Source: an uncultured Acidobacteriaceae bacterium (GTDB lineage Bacteria > Acidobacteriota > Terriglobia > Terriglobales > Acidobacteriaceae). From it: 64,000 nucleotides of DNA. The notes beneath the pieces were generated by a model that did not search any database, was not told the origin of the DNA, and was given only the letters and a program-made list of their open reading frames with translations. The stretch is from NCBI GenBank assembly GCA_963845345.1, contig CAWJRQ010000002.1:52443-116442 (forward strand), in the 5' to 3' direction. How positions within the stretch are numbered: the first letter of the stretch is position 1; every line of letters starts with the position of its first letter. Position numbers and translations under genes: made by a program. Below are positions 23,325 to 35,275 of the stretch, piece by piece.

Positions 23325-24790
23325 TCAGAAAGCGTTCACGGCCGTGAAGAACTCCTGTTCATCCATGTATCCGATGCCGCACCAGTACACTGGCCAGTTC
23401 ATACTGGTTATAGGATTCCAGTTCGTACTGGTGATAGGATTCAACGTGTTGTTGCCGGAGTAGAATGCGCCCTGGTATTGCGTCTTTGCCGCGTTTAATG
23501 CGATCAGTGTGGGAAACAGTTCCGCGAACGAAGCGGCGAGAGGGCCTTCGAGTTCATAGACTTGTGAAAATGTGTAATAGCTGTTGAACGCGGCAGGCGT
23601 CACCGTAGGTTGCAGTTCACAGCGGAATAGTCGATCGGCGCAAGGCTCGCGCCATCCAAAGTAAAGATTTTGTAGGCGGGGTAATTGCCAAAGAACGGAC
23701 TGATGCCCGCGGTAATTGCCAGCGCATTGCCCGGCGACATCAGCCGGAATTCGTCCATGTGCGTGTGACCGGCAAGAGACATGGCAATGACGCCGGGATA
23801 CTTTTCAATGATGCCTATGAACTGTATCCTGATTGCTGTCAACCCACATCATCGTGGCTGCCGTGATCTGGCCATTGTCATTGGCCGGATTGCCGGTTGT
23901 GCTCTCAACCGCGCCAGGAGGCGCATGCATCAGCAGCCACACCTTCTTGCCGGCCGAGCTGGCTTGGGAAAGTTGGGCATCAAACCACGCAAATTGTTCT
24001 GCAATCATGGTCGGCTCGACAGTAATATCTGGGGAAAGCGCGAACGTGTTCAGCGCGATGATCATCAGATTCATTCCCGCTGGCTCTACGGAGTAGTATC
24101 CGCCATTTATGAATGGTGCTGATAACATCCGCCTGATTCCCTGACGCCGTTCAACGCCAGCGTGTATAACTGCTGTGCATTGTTGGCAAGAAAGGTGCTG
24201 TCCGGCCCATCACCGGTATAGGAATCGCAGTTGCCCAGCGCGAAGTAGACAGGGTGGTGCCCACCGCTGTTCTGATCTGCTGCAAGACAAATGTGAGTGT
24301 CTTGTCGACAAACGCAGTTGCATCGGCGTCGGCAGTAATCGCCCGGAAAATACGTCGTGTAAAGCTGGTACAGGTCGTGGCCAAGAAAGTCACCTGTAAA
24401 CAGGACCGCCGGAGCCGCCCCCAGGTTCGACGTGATGCTTTCGAGTGCCTTGTTCAGCAGCGCATAGTTGGTGTCGGTGCCAAGCGGGGAAGGTGGATAG
24501 TTCAACGCATTCAGCGAGCCCAGGAAGATTGCCGGCCAATCAGAGGTATCAGCCGTAACAAGCTGTGTTATGAGAGCCGTATTAGCCTGCGTTATTACAG
24601 GATCCATATTAAATGCTGTATTAGTTGAATTAAACGGATCGATAAATGGCTGGAAATGCACATCGGAGAAAACAGGCACCGAGAAGTTATCCGATCCGGT
24701 ATTCCCGTTGCCTCCGCTGCATCCGCCGAGGAGGCCGGCGCTTGCCATGCCTGCCAGCTCAAGAAATGTACGACGTGAAAGTATGGACAT
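23325..24790 (-). CDS. Tat-exported lipoprotein metallophosphoesterase, acid sphingomyelinase/SMPDL3-like (frameshifted)
   Basis: SRRTFL Tat motif, LGGC lipobox, FSDVHF, FTGDFLGH, LGNCD, LMHAPP, AGHTHMDEFR across split ORFs. Confidence 0.8.
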
Positions 24791-25115
24791 GATTACTTCT
24801 CCTTCTGCATAGCACAAGCGCCTAAATGTTCGTTCGACGGTTTTATCGGCACATGAGACTATAGCATCAGTTGCCTGAGCCGTTGTGTATACGATGAGGC
24901 AAAGAATCGGGTTCTGCGAGTTATGGGCCCATTTTATATTCCGAATTCCCATTTTGGGGCTGTGTTCCTTCTTCTTTTCTTCCCTTAAAAAGTCATGCGT
25001 TTGTTCTAAGAACCGTAGCCAGACGGCGGAATTCGGTCTGTGCAGCCGTTTCTTTGGGTACTTGTCCGCGAGCGATTAGGCAATATTTCAGGTGATAAGC
25101 GAAAGGGTGGGCTCC

Positions 25116-28100
25116 ATGCAGTCGATGCGTAGTCTTGGTTTTTCTCTGACGGCAGTCTTGGTTCTTCTTTGCGGATGCGGACACGGCGGCGGCAGTTCGT
25201 CGATTACGCTCAGCTACGCGCAGCCCTCGGCGGTTTTCGTCAAGGGCGTGGCCATCACCGCCGACACCCCGACCACCAGCGGCGGAGTTGTGAACGGATA
25301 CAGCATAAGTCCGCCGCTACCCGCGGGCTTGATCCTGAACTCCTCCACCGGAGTCATCAGTGGAACTCCCACGGTTGTGGCCGGCAACACCACTTATGTG
25401 GTTACTGCCTACGGCTCGGACAGCAGCGCAACGGCCTCTCTCTCCATCACGGTAAACGATCAAAAGCCCACGGCCCTCAGCTATGCCACTAACACGGCAA
25501 ACTACATCGTCAATTCGCCGATCACGAATAACTTTCCGACCAATACGGGCGGAACGGTAATCTCCTACAGCGTGAATCCGGCTCTTCCATCCGGCCTGAG
25601 CTTTAGTACAACCACGGGCATCATCAGCGGTACGCCATCAGCTATAACCGGCTCGGCCAGCTATGTGGTGACGGCGACCAACACGGGCGGCAATGCGACG
25701 ACGACTCTGACGATCACGGTGAATAACGCTCCCTCGCCGGCTCTGGCAGCCCCGGCGGGTCTGGTCTATATTCCCGGCAATGCGGTCTACACAGTGGGCA
25801 TTCCGATACAGGAAAATGTTCCAACCAGCACTGGCGGGGCTCCCACAACTTATGTGAATGCGAATAGTGTCACGATTCCGGCGTACAGCATCAATCCGCC
25901 GCTTCCGAATGGTCTGACTATAAGCTCCGTGCCGCCACCACCGCCCGCCTTCGGTATTGATGCCACGGGCATCATTAGTGGGACGCCAACGGCTGCTTCT
26001 GGTCCTACCCTTTATACGGTTACTGCCTCCAATTCATCTGGATACACAACGGCGACCTTTACTCTCACAGTAAATAACTCAACGACCCTGTCGGGCCTGG
26101 CATATAGCGCTCCCGCTCCGGTCTATGTCGCAGGGGTGCCGATTACAGCGAACAAGCCAGCCATCAGCAACACCGGCGGAGCGCAGCTTACTTATAGCGT
26201 GAGCCCCGATCTCACCACAATCGGTCTGAGCCTGGATCCCCATACCGGCGTCATCACCGGGACTGCCGTGGCTGTGCCATCCGCGATTGTGCCACCTCCG
26301 GCTGTTACTGCGACTTACACGGTGACTGCCTCCAACGGGACGGGTACTGTCTCCGCGCCGGTCACCATCACGGTCTATAACATGCCCCAGGCCGTTCCGA
26401 ATATGTCTCAATCACTTACGCCGCTGGCAACTACTGGTTCCAGCTTCCAGTTTCTGGATACCGGCATGATTGTGACCGATCCGTATGATCCGCAGGTAGC
26501 CCCTGTGGAATGGCTGGCGGGGCAGGCGGTCAGCACCTCGATCAGTCCGGATAACAACACCCTGCTGGTTCTTACCAGCGGCTTTAATCGTGTTTACCAG
26601 GGGCCGTTCCCCATGTTCGACCCGAACATGTCGAATGAGTACGTCTTCATCTTCGACATCTCGAATCACACTCCGGTCTTCAAGCAAGCGATCCCCATCC
26701 CCAACGCCTACCACGGCATTGTCTGGGATCCGAGTGGCACAGCATTCTACGTCTCCGGCGGAATGGGCGATGCTCCCTTCGGTACCGATCCGATTCCGTA
26801 CTACTCGCCATGGACTGGAACTCTTGCGAACAATAATGGCGACAATGTGCACATTGTCACGCAAACCAATAGTATCTGGGCGCCAGCGGCCGAACTTGAT
26901 CTGGGACAGAATCTGCCCAGCAATAATCCGCCACAGACAGTTGTCGAGGGCCACACCTCAGGCAACGGTCTTCCGGTGCCCAACAACTCATTTGCCTCTG
27001 TCAACGCTGCGGTCTACGTGGCGCCGATGGCTGCCGGACTGGCGATTTCAAGCGATGGCCAGGCGCTGGTGGTGGCAAATTATTACAACGATTCGATCAC
27101 CAGTATTTACTGGAGGCTTGGCTGTCTGGCTCAGCCAATGGCAGTCGGACCCGAGTACGAATTCGATGCAAGGGATGCAAGGGACGCTGCAAGGAACGGA
27201 ACTTGATCTGCGTCCCGGCAAGGCCGCCAGTTCGCCTGCGACCGGGCACGCCGGGCGGCGAGTATCCGTTCTGGGTGGTGATAGCGGGGAGCAGCGGACC
27301 AGGCGCAACTGCCTATGTGTCGAGCCTGCGCGACCGCGAGATCGACGTGGTGAACCTGGGTGAAACCTGCATCAACGGCACCTCTGCGCCAGATTGTGTT
27401 TTAAAACCTACGCCGGTAGTCAACGCTCGCATTCCCGTCAAGGGCCAGCCCAACAAGATGACGCTGAACAAAGCCGGAACACTGCTCTATGTTGCCGAAG
27501 ACGAGTCGGATACAGTGGACGTAATTGACCTCAATCCGCTAGACGTCGGCCCTCCCACCCAGAGCCAGCCCGCCACGCAATACAAGGTGATTGAAACCAT
27601 TCCGGTCATCGCTCCGCCGGCGACTATGTCTGCTTACTCGCTGATGCCCTATACAGGCGCCAACACCAACAGCGTGACGCTTTCGCCGGATGAGAAATAC
27701 TCTCTATGTGACCAATGGCAATCTGAACAACGTCGCGGTGGTGCAGTTGAACTGGAACCAATCTGGGCGTCTACAACAGGCGACCAGGTTATCGGGCTGA
27801 TTCCGACCGGATGGTATCCGAACTCGATCAGCATCAGCAGCGATGGCACATGGGCGTATGTGGTCAATTCCAAGTCGCCGACCGGCCCGAATATCAACTG
27901 GTGCTATGTCTACGGACCCACCGGGTACCCCACCTGCATGCCCGCGAATGAGTACAATCCGCAGATGACCAAAGCCGGACTGCTGAGTTTCCCGCTCACC
28001 GGCCTCGCGGCGCAGCTTCCGGCGCTTACGGCACAGGTCGCCGCGAACAACCACTTCGCCACCGTGGAGAGCTCCTACCGCTGCCGCCACCATGGCGGCG

Positions 28101-29572
28101 GTGCATAGCGGCATCCAGCACGTGATTTATATCCTCAAGGAAAACCGGACCTACGACCAGATTCTGGGCGATCTGGGACGCGGCAACGGCGATCCGGCTT
28201 TGACGTTGTTTGGCCAGGCGATCACGCCGAATGAGCATAACCTGGCGCAGCAATTCGTTACCCTCGACAACTTCCTCGCCACCGCTGAAGTCAGCAACGA
28301 CGGATGGCCGTGGAGCACCTCGGCTCGCGCTCCCGATGTCGTCGAGCACCAATTCCCGGTCAACTACGCGCAGCGCGGACTCAGCCTGGACACCGAGGGC
28401 ATGAATCGCAGCGTGAACGTTGCGCTGCCGACTCTGGCTCAGCGCCAGGCCTCCGATCCGCTGATGCCGGGCGGAACGCTTTCGCCGAATGTACCGGATG
28501 GCGAGGATCTGCTTGCCGGGCCAGACCGACGCGGACGCGCCGGATGGACCGGACGACGAAATCAATACCGGCTATCTGTGGAACAACGCGTTGCGCGCGG
28601 GTCTCACGGTGCGCGACTATGGCTTCTTCATCGACACAACCTGCTATAACGAGCCCAGTTGCCAGACTCCTTTGAGCCACGATCCGTTCTCGACCAATAC
28701 CATCGTGGCTCCCTCTTCGAATGTCGCTCTGACGCCATTCACCGATCCGTACTTCCGCGGCTTCGACCCCTCCTTTCCGGACTTCTATCGCTTCAAGGAG
28801 TGGGAGCGGGACTTCGATGCCAACTACGCAAAGGGCGGGCTGCCGAATCTGACTCTGATTCGCTTCATGCACGATCACACCGGAAACTTCGCGACTGCCA
28901 TCGACGGCGTGAATACTCCGGAACGCGATGTGGCCGACAACGACTACGCGGTCGGACTGCGTGGTGCAGAAGATCGCCAACAGCCCCATTTACAAAAACA
29001 ACACGCTGATCTTTGTCGTGGAAGACGACTCGCAGGATGGCGGCGATCACGTCGACTCGCACCGCACCACGGCCTTCGTCGCGGGCGCATATGTGAAGAA
29101 TGCGGATCGTCTCCACGGCGTATACCACCCTTGACTTCATTCGCACGATGGAAGAGGTCATGGGCCTGCAGCCGATGAATTTGAATGATGCGCTGGCCAC
29201 GCCCATGAGCGACATCTTCAACACCACGCCAAGTGCATGGAGCTTTACCGCCACCCCTGCGGCGATTCTCTACTGCACGAGCCTGCCGCTGCCGAGCTCC
29301 GGCACTGCCCTGCAATGAACCCAACGCCAGATGCCAAATACTGGGCGCGAGTCACCAGGGGGATGGACTTCAGGGATGCGGATCGCGTCGATGACGACAC
29401 CTTCAACCGCGTTCTCTGGAGGGGAATGATGGGCAACCGGCCTTATCCCTCCCGGCCAACCGGCAAGGATTTGCGCCAGAACCGCGAAAAGCTGCTGGCG
29501 GATTACCGGCGCTCCCTTGCTCATAAAATGGCTCGTGCGCCAAGACCGGTCAGGAAACTGAAAACAGAGTGA
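25116..29572 (+). CDS. large lipoprotein: putative Ig repeats + YncE/YVTN beta-propeller + phosphoesterase (frameshifted)
   Basis: LCGC lipobox; four LPxGL..TGxISGTP-type repeats; IPTGWYPNS; HVIYILKENRTYDQILGD; DHTG, VADNDYAVG, VEDDSQDGGDHVDSHR. Confidence 0.82.
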
Positions 29573-29901
29573 CTATCGCGCCGGGACTCTTGCGCACAAA
29601 GCAGGAACTCCGGCGCGAATGCGCTCGCTCCATGCAATGCAATCAATTTTCTCTCGTGTATGGTAATATTTCCTTTCGCAGACGATGCCGGCAGATTCCA
29701 TCACTAATCAGCCGCAAGATGAGAACGGGACTGGCCGGCGAAATGCTTACTTTCCTGTGACTGGACACGCCTTTTCGTCGGTTACATGAATGTGATTTGC
29801 CTACCGCAACTGAATTTCTTTTCCCTTTGCTTACGTCATCGGAACTTTAATGTTTCGTGTCGGTAAGACGTGTATTTACTCCAATTCAAGGGGGATTAGC
29901 G

Positions 29902-30092
29902 ATGAAATATCGTCCGGCACAGCTCATCCTCCACATTCATATTCTGCTGATTTTTCCTGCATACTGCACCGCACAGATTGATCGCTCCAGCTTGAATGGA
30001 ACGATTCGCGACAGTGAAGGAATGCGCGTTCCCGGCGCAGCGATTCGCGCCGTCCAAACCTCTACGGGACTCATCCGCGAGGCTGTTTCCTC
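29902..30092 (+). pseudogene. N-terminal fragment of a TonB-dependent receptor (carboxypeptidase regulatory-like domain)
   Basis: Signal + AQIDRSSLNGTIRDSEG..VPGAAI..TSTGLIR, then abruptly cut. Confidence 0.7.
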
Positions 30093-30258
30093 GTCCATCC
30101 TGGTACTCTTCATCCCAGACGTCACAGATGTGCTTGAGGAATAGCAGAGGGAAGATGTAGGTCTTGAAATCGGCTGCGTCAACCGGCTCCCGAAGGATAT
30201 TGGCAGACTCCCAAAGGTGGCTTTCGAGCTGGCCGAGCGTTATCCCTTGCTGATTCAA
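30093..30258 (-). pseudogene. hsdM: type I R-M HsdM N-terminal fragment
   Basis: LESHLWESANILR.PVDAADFKTYIFPLLFLKHICDVWDEEY. Confidence 0.8.
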
Positions 30259-30555
30259 ATGGGTACCCCTCAGAATTCGAGTGACCCTTCCATCCTAACG
30301 CCAGTCGCGAAAGAATTGACTGACGTCTCAGCAGGGTACCTCATAAAGCGGTTCCCTGGCCGCCACTAGTGCGGCAGCTACCACACCCGCCCCTACCCTA
30401 GCTTGACTGCTCCTCCAGAATCACATGTTTTCGGAAGGGAAAAACCGGCCGATTCCGGCGCCGTGGAATCAGGCGCTTACGAGGGCGGCCTCCAATGGGT
30501 TTTTGGAAGGGGGCTGGAGGGCTCGACAGGCGGTGCCGACGCCAATGTCTAGCCG

Positions 30556-30822
30556 CTACGAGATGACCTGCCACGAGGCGCCAGCGGCTCGGAGCGTGGC
30601 GACCTGTTCAGCATCCACCACAGTACGCGGGCGCCCCAATTTTTTGCCTTTTGCCCTAGCCGCAACTAAGCCGCTGCGAACACGGGAGCGGATGAGTTCC
30701 CGTTCAAACTCCGCGATGCTGGCAAAGATACCAAACACTAGCCGACCGTTTGGCGTCGAGGTGTCAACACCCTCGTGCAGACTGATGAACTCGATGCCCA
30801 ATGCCCGGAACTCCTCCAACCC
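30556..30822 (-). pseudogene. serine resolvase fragment
   Basis: LGIEFISLHEGVDTSTPNGRLVFGIFASIAEFERELIRSRVRSGL.AARAKGKKLGRP; catalytic N-terminus missing. Confidence 0.85.
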
Positions 30823-31060
30823 GTTCACCGGCACCCACAAGGCCGGCCACCACGCGTTCAGACGTTTCAGGAACACGCACCTGCGCAATCGAACCGAATG
30901 TCCAGAGGGTCTTCGGAAGTTTTGGATAGGGCACGCGGATGAGAGCATGTCCGATCTCTGCGACAAGATTAAAGAGGACGTGGAGTTCCGCAGGAAGTGG
31001 TCTGAAAAGTGCGGTTTCGGCTTTGAATTGTCTTCGGTTGTACCGAAATGTACCGAAAAT
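30823..31060 (+). pseudogene. tyrosine integrase C-terminal fragment
   Basis: HAFRR (HxxR), WIGHA, MSDLCDK (expected catalytic Tyr reads Cys); adjacent to tRNA. Confidence 0.75.
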
Positions 31061-31119
31061 CGAGGAAAAAGACGAAGCAAAAAAATCCGCTTAAGTCTTT
31101 TTGAATGTGAGAGAAAGAA

Positions 31120-31196
<77 letters not shown>

Positions 31197-31266
31197 AACT
31201 TGGGTTGCAGGAGCGCATCTTTGGGGCGCGGCCTGGCGCTTTTGGCCCCTTGATTGCGCTTGAATC

Positions 31267-31275
31267 AGTGTAGCA
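31267..31275 (-). promoter_or_regulatory. extended -10 element (TGCTACACT) for tRNA-Pro
   Basis: TGnTAnnnT pattern about 70 nt upstream; the same 9-mer precedes csp. Confidence 0.5.
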
Positions 31276-31517
31276 GAATCCAGGGATGCTGCGGGGCGGC
31301 GCACCGCCTCAGCGCGCATCTTGCAAGAAAGGTGTGTTTGCCGGCTCCAGTCAGCCTTAAACTTATTCATTCCCAAAGAGACTTTTTACACAGAAGGGGT
31401 CAACTAAAGGGCGGTTTTTTGGTTGACAGCCGTGGTGTGCTTACGCACAATTGGCAAATAGTCTCCTTGAAGGCGGATCAGCAACTCCCCCGCTAACAAG
31501 TCCTGACAGGAGGTAAT

Positions 31518-33207
31518 GTGAACAGAAGAATCGGAGTATTCGTATTGACCATCGCGGCGATTCTATTGGCCGGAACTTTGTCCGGCCATGCGCAATCGCT
31601 GAAGACGCGCCATGTGCGTGATGCAGTTATCAACGGGCAAGCGCAGCTGATTCGGGCGCCTGCCTGAAACCCAGCAGATGCAGCTGGATATCGTTCTGCC
31701 GCTGCGCGACCAGGCTGGCCTGGACGACGTTCCTGACCGATCTCTACAATCCGGCCAGCGCCTCCTACCGGCAATTCCTTACGCCGCAGGAGTTCACCGC
31801 GCGGTTTGGCCCCACGCAGGAAGACTATGACGCCGTGCTCGCCTTCGCAAAGGCGAACGGCCTGACGGTTGTCGGCGGCTCGCGCGATGGGATGGATGTG
31901 CAGGTCAAGGGCACGGTTTCGGCCATCGAAGCTGCCTTCCATATCAACCTGCGGACCTACCAGCACCCCACCGAGAACCGCGTCTTCTACGCCGCGGACC
32001 GCGAACCCACTACGGATCTTCCCTTCCATCTATGGCACATCTCCGGCCTGGACAACTACTCGATTCCGCAGCCCATGCTGGTCAACAGGAACGACTACGC
32101 GGCGGCTCATGGCATTGATGCGAAGGAGGCCGTGACCCATGCCACCACCGGCTCCGGCCCTTCGGCTTCGTTTTTGGGCAGCGACATGCGCGCCGCCTAC
32201 TACGGCGGAACGGCTCTGACCGGCGCCGGCCAGAACCTCGGTTTGTTGGAGTATTACGGCACCGATCTGGCTGACCTGACCACCTACTACAAGAACGTGA
32301 AGCAGACCAACAATGTGCCGATCACGCTGCTCTCCGTGGATGGAACCAGCACCAGCTGCGTGTATACGAGGGCCGGCGGCAACTGCGACGACACCGAGCA
32401 GACCCTCGACATGACCCAGGCTCTCGGCATGGCTCCGGGGCTGGCCAGCCTGGTGATGTACGTCGGCTCAACCGATACGGCCATCATCAGCGCCATGACC
32501 ACCCACAACCCGCTGCCCACCACCATTGGCTGTTCGTGGGGCTGGACGCCGGCCGATCCAACCACGCTTGACCCCTACTTCCAGAAGATGGCGGCTCAGG
32601 GCCAGAACTTCTTTGCGGCCTCGGGCGACAGCTCCACCTGGTCGACAGAGAGTCGAGGCCTGGCCGGCAGACGATGCGAATGTCGTTTCCGTCGGCGGCA
32701 CGGACCTGATAACCGCCAGCGCGGGCGGCGCCTGGAAGTCGGAAACCGCCTGGGTGGATTCGGGCGGCGGCATCTCGCCGGACAAGATCGCGATTCCTGC
32801 ATGGCAAAAGCTCTCCGGCGTGATCAACTCGACCAACAAGGGTTCGACCACCTATCGCAACGGCCCGGATGTTTCGGCCAATGCCAACTTCACCTTCTAC
32901 ACCTGCGCCGACCAGAATGCCTGCCTGGCCAACACATATGGCGGCACCAGCTTTGCCGCTCCCATGTGGGCCGCCTATATGGCCCTGGTCAATCAACAGT
33001 TGGTGGCCGACGGCTACAAGAGCCTCGGTTTCATCAACCCCTATCTCTATGCGTTCGGCGTGAGTTCCAGCTACGGCACGGACTTCCACGACATCACCAG
33101 CGGCAAATCCGGCAGCTATTCGGCTGTGAACGGGCTATGACCTGGTGACCGGCTGGGGCAGCCCCAATGGCCAAGGTCTGATCAACGCCCTGGTGACCGA
33201 AAAGTAA
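31518..33207 (+). CDS. S53 family peptidase (sedolisin/kumamolisin-like; frameshifted)
   Basis: AGGAGG RBS + GTG; prodomain FLTPQEFTARFGP; EQTLD; FAASGD; SVGGT; PDVSA; GGTSFAAP; DLVTGWGSP. Confidence 0.88.
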
Positions 33208-33235
33208 CAGACACAAACGCGCGCTTGCGCTCAAC

Positions 33236-33275
33236 AAGAAAGGCCCGGACTCATCAGTCCGGGCCTTTCTTTTCT
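33236..33275. terminator. bidirectional intrinsic terminator
   Basis: AAGAAAGGCCCGGACT-CATC-AGTCCGGGCCTTTCTT between convergent genes. Confidence 0.85.
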
Positions 33276-33290
33276 TGCGGCCGAAGAGCG

Positions 33291-35168
33291 CTAGCTCTTG
33301 AGCGCCACGCGGATGTGCAGTTCCTTCAACTGCTGCTCGGTGGCCGTGGTGGGCGCGTCCACCATCAGGTCAACCGCCTTGGCGGTCTTGGGGAAGGCGA
33401 TCACCTCGCGCAGGCTGGGCGCGCCGGCCAGCAGCATGACGATACGGTCCAGGCCGAGCGCGATGCCGCCGTGGGGCGGCGTGCCGTACTCCAGCGCGTC
33501 GAGGAAAAATCCGAAGCGCGCGCGGGCCTCTTCGTCGGTGATTCCCAGCGACTGGAAGATCTGCTGCTGCACGTCCTTGCGATGGATGCGGATGGAGCCT
33601 GAGCCAAGCTCCAGGCCGTTCATCGCCAGGTCGTAACAATTGGCGCGCACACAGGCCGGGTCGGTGACCAGGTTCTTCATGTCGGCCTCGTAAGGCGCGG
33701 TAAACGGATGGTGCGCCGGCATCCATTTGGCAGTTGCCAAGTCGTACTCGAACATGGGGAAGTCCGTGACCCAGATGGGACGGAAGGCCGCCGCGCCATC
33801 AACGCACTTTCCGCCACTCCGCGCGTTCGCCTCCTGAACGGCTTTTTCCGTGACAGCAAAAGCTCCGTGCCGGTCGGCGTATTTTTTTGCCAACTCAGTG
33901 CGGAAGTTGCCGGCGGCGGAGTAGACGTTGATCTCGCGCTCCGAGAGCCGGCCGGCGAATTTGGTGTCGCTGGCCTTGACCGGGTGAGCCGGATCGCCGG
34001 CGACGATGATGACGAAGTCGGCCTCGACCGCGCCCACCAGCTCGCGCACCTTGACCGCGGCCTCGGGGTAGCCCTTGGCCAGCCGCTTGAAATCGTCAAT
34101 GAACTTGGCGCCCTTCTTCAAATCAAAGAGCGGGTGGTTGTCCTCGCGCTCCTTGCGGCTCAGCTCGCCCACGTTGGGAATGCGCAACGCCACCACGGGC
34201 AGCGCGGGATCGATTTGCAGCGTGGCCAGAGCCTCATCCGTGAAGGCCGGGCGCACATCGATGAGTCCGGGCAGGCGCAGGTCCGGCTTGTCGCTGCCGA
34301 ATCGCCGCATCGAATCATCGTAAGTAATGATGGGGAAGGGCGTGGGCAGCGTGACGCCGGCCGCGGCAAAGGCCGCCGCAAGAAACTGCTCGACCACGGC
34401 AAAAACCGTCTCCTGGCGCGGGAAGCTCATCTCCAGATCAACCTGCGTAAACTCCAGTTGGCGGTCGGCTCTCAGGTCCTCGTCGCGAAAGCAGCGAGCG
34501 ATCTGAAAGTATTTGTCGAAGCCGGAGATCATGAGGATCTGCTTGAAGATCTGCGGCGACTGCGGCAGCGCGTAGAACTCGCCGGGATGCACGCGGCTGG
34601 GCACCAGAAAATCGCGCGCGCCCTCGGGAGTGGATTTGGTGAGGATGGGCGTTTCGATCTCCAGAAATCCCTGCTGGCTGAGGTTGTCGCGGATGGCCAG
34701 CGTGATGTCGTGTCTGAGTCGAAAATTGCGCTGCATCTCCGGGCGGCGCAGGTCCACGTAGCGGTACTTGAGGCGGACCTCTTCGTTCTGGATGGCCTCT
34801 TCGGAAGGCGAAAACGGCGCCAGGCGGGTGTCGTTCAGGACGAGCAGTTGCGTGGCCTCGATCTCGATCTCGCCGGTCTCCATCTTGGGGTTGATGGAAT
34901 CTTTATCGCGCAGGCGCACCTTGCCCACGGCGGCGACCACGTACTCCGGGCGAACCTGCTCGCCCTTCAGGTGGCCGTCGGGCGTCAGTTCCTTGTCCAG
35001 CACAATCTGGCTGATGCCGGTGCGGTCTCTCAAATCAAGAAAGATCAGGTTGCCGTGATCGCGCCGCCGGTTCACCCAGCCCATCACAACAACATTCTGG
35101 CCGGCATGCGCGGCGCGCAACTCGCCGCAATAATGCGTCCGTTCGAGATTTCCTAAAAAATCCAGCAC
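33291..35168 (-). CDS. aspS: aspartate--tRNA ligase
   Basis: [61 protein letters not shown]. Confidence 0.97.
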   Translation of the reverse strand: MLDFLGNLERTHYCGELRAAHAGQNVVVMGWVNRRRDHGNLIFLDLRDRTGISQIVLDKELTPDGHLKGEQVRPEYVVAAVGKVRLRDKDSINPKMETGEIEIEATQLLVLNDTRLAPFSPSEEAIQNEEVRLKYRYVDLRRPEMQRNFRLRHDITLAIRDNLSQQGFLEIETPILTKSTPEGARDFLVPSRVHPGEFYALPQSPQIFKQILMISGFDKYFQIARCFRDEDLRADRQLEFTQVDLEMSFPRQETVFAVVEQFLAAAFAAAGVTLPTPFPIITYDDSMRRFGSDKPDLRLPGLIDVRPAFTDEALATLQIDPALPVVALRIPNVGELSRKEREDNHPLFDLKKGAKFIDDFKRLAKGYPEAAVKVRELVGAVEADFVIIVAGDPAHPVKASDTKFAGRLSEREINVYSAAGNFRTELAKKYADRHGAFAVTEKAVQEANARSGGKCVDGAAAFRPIWVTDFPMFEYDLATAKWMPAHHPFTAPYEADMKNLVTDPACVRANCYDLAMNGLELGSGSIRIHRKDVQQQIFQSLGITDEEARARFGFFLDALEYGTPPHGGIALGLDRIVMLLAGAPSLREVIAFPKTAKAVDLMVDAPTTATEQQLKELHIRVALKS

Positions 35169-35210
35169 TACCTCTGTCCTTTACTTACTTGCTGATCTTG
35201 AAAATGATTA

Positions 35211-35255
35211 GGTGCCCCACCCTCGCCGCGTTCTTGTTTTTGCGGTTAGGGTGGG
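35211..35255 (+). repeat. REP element (GGTGCCCCACCCT...AGGGTGGG family)
   Basis: One mismatch to the copy at 54579; lies between hisS and aspS. Confidence 0.85.
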
Positions 35256-35275
35256 AAACCATGAATCCGCCCCGT

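Larger units (their letters stand above)
14675..31119. mobile_element. decayed genomic island at the tRNA-Pro 3' end
   Basis: Integrase, resolvase and HsdM fragments abut the tRNA 3' end; TGTACCGA doublets at 14677/14688 and 31039/31049; accessory cargo; no att core duplication seen. Confidence 0.6.
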
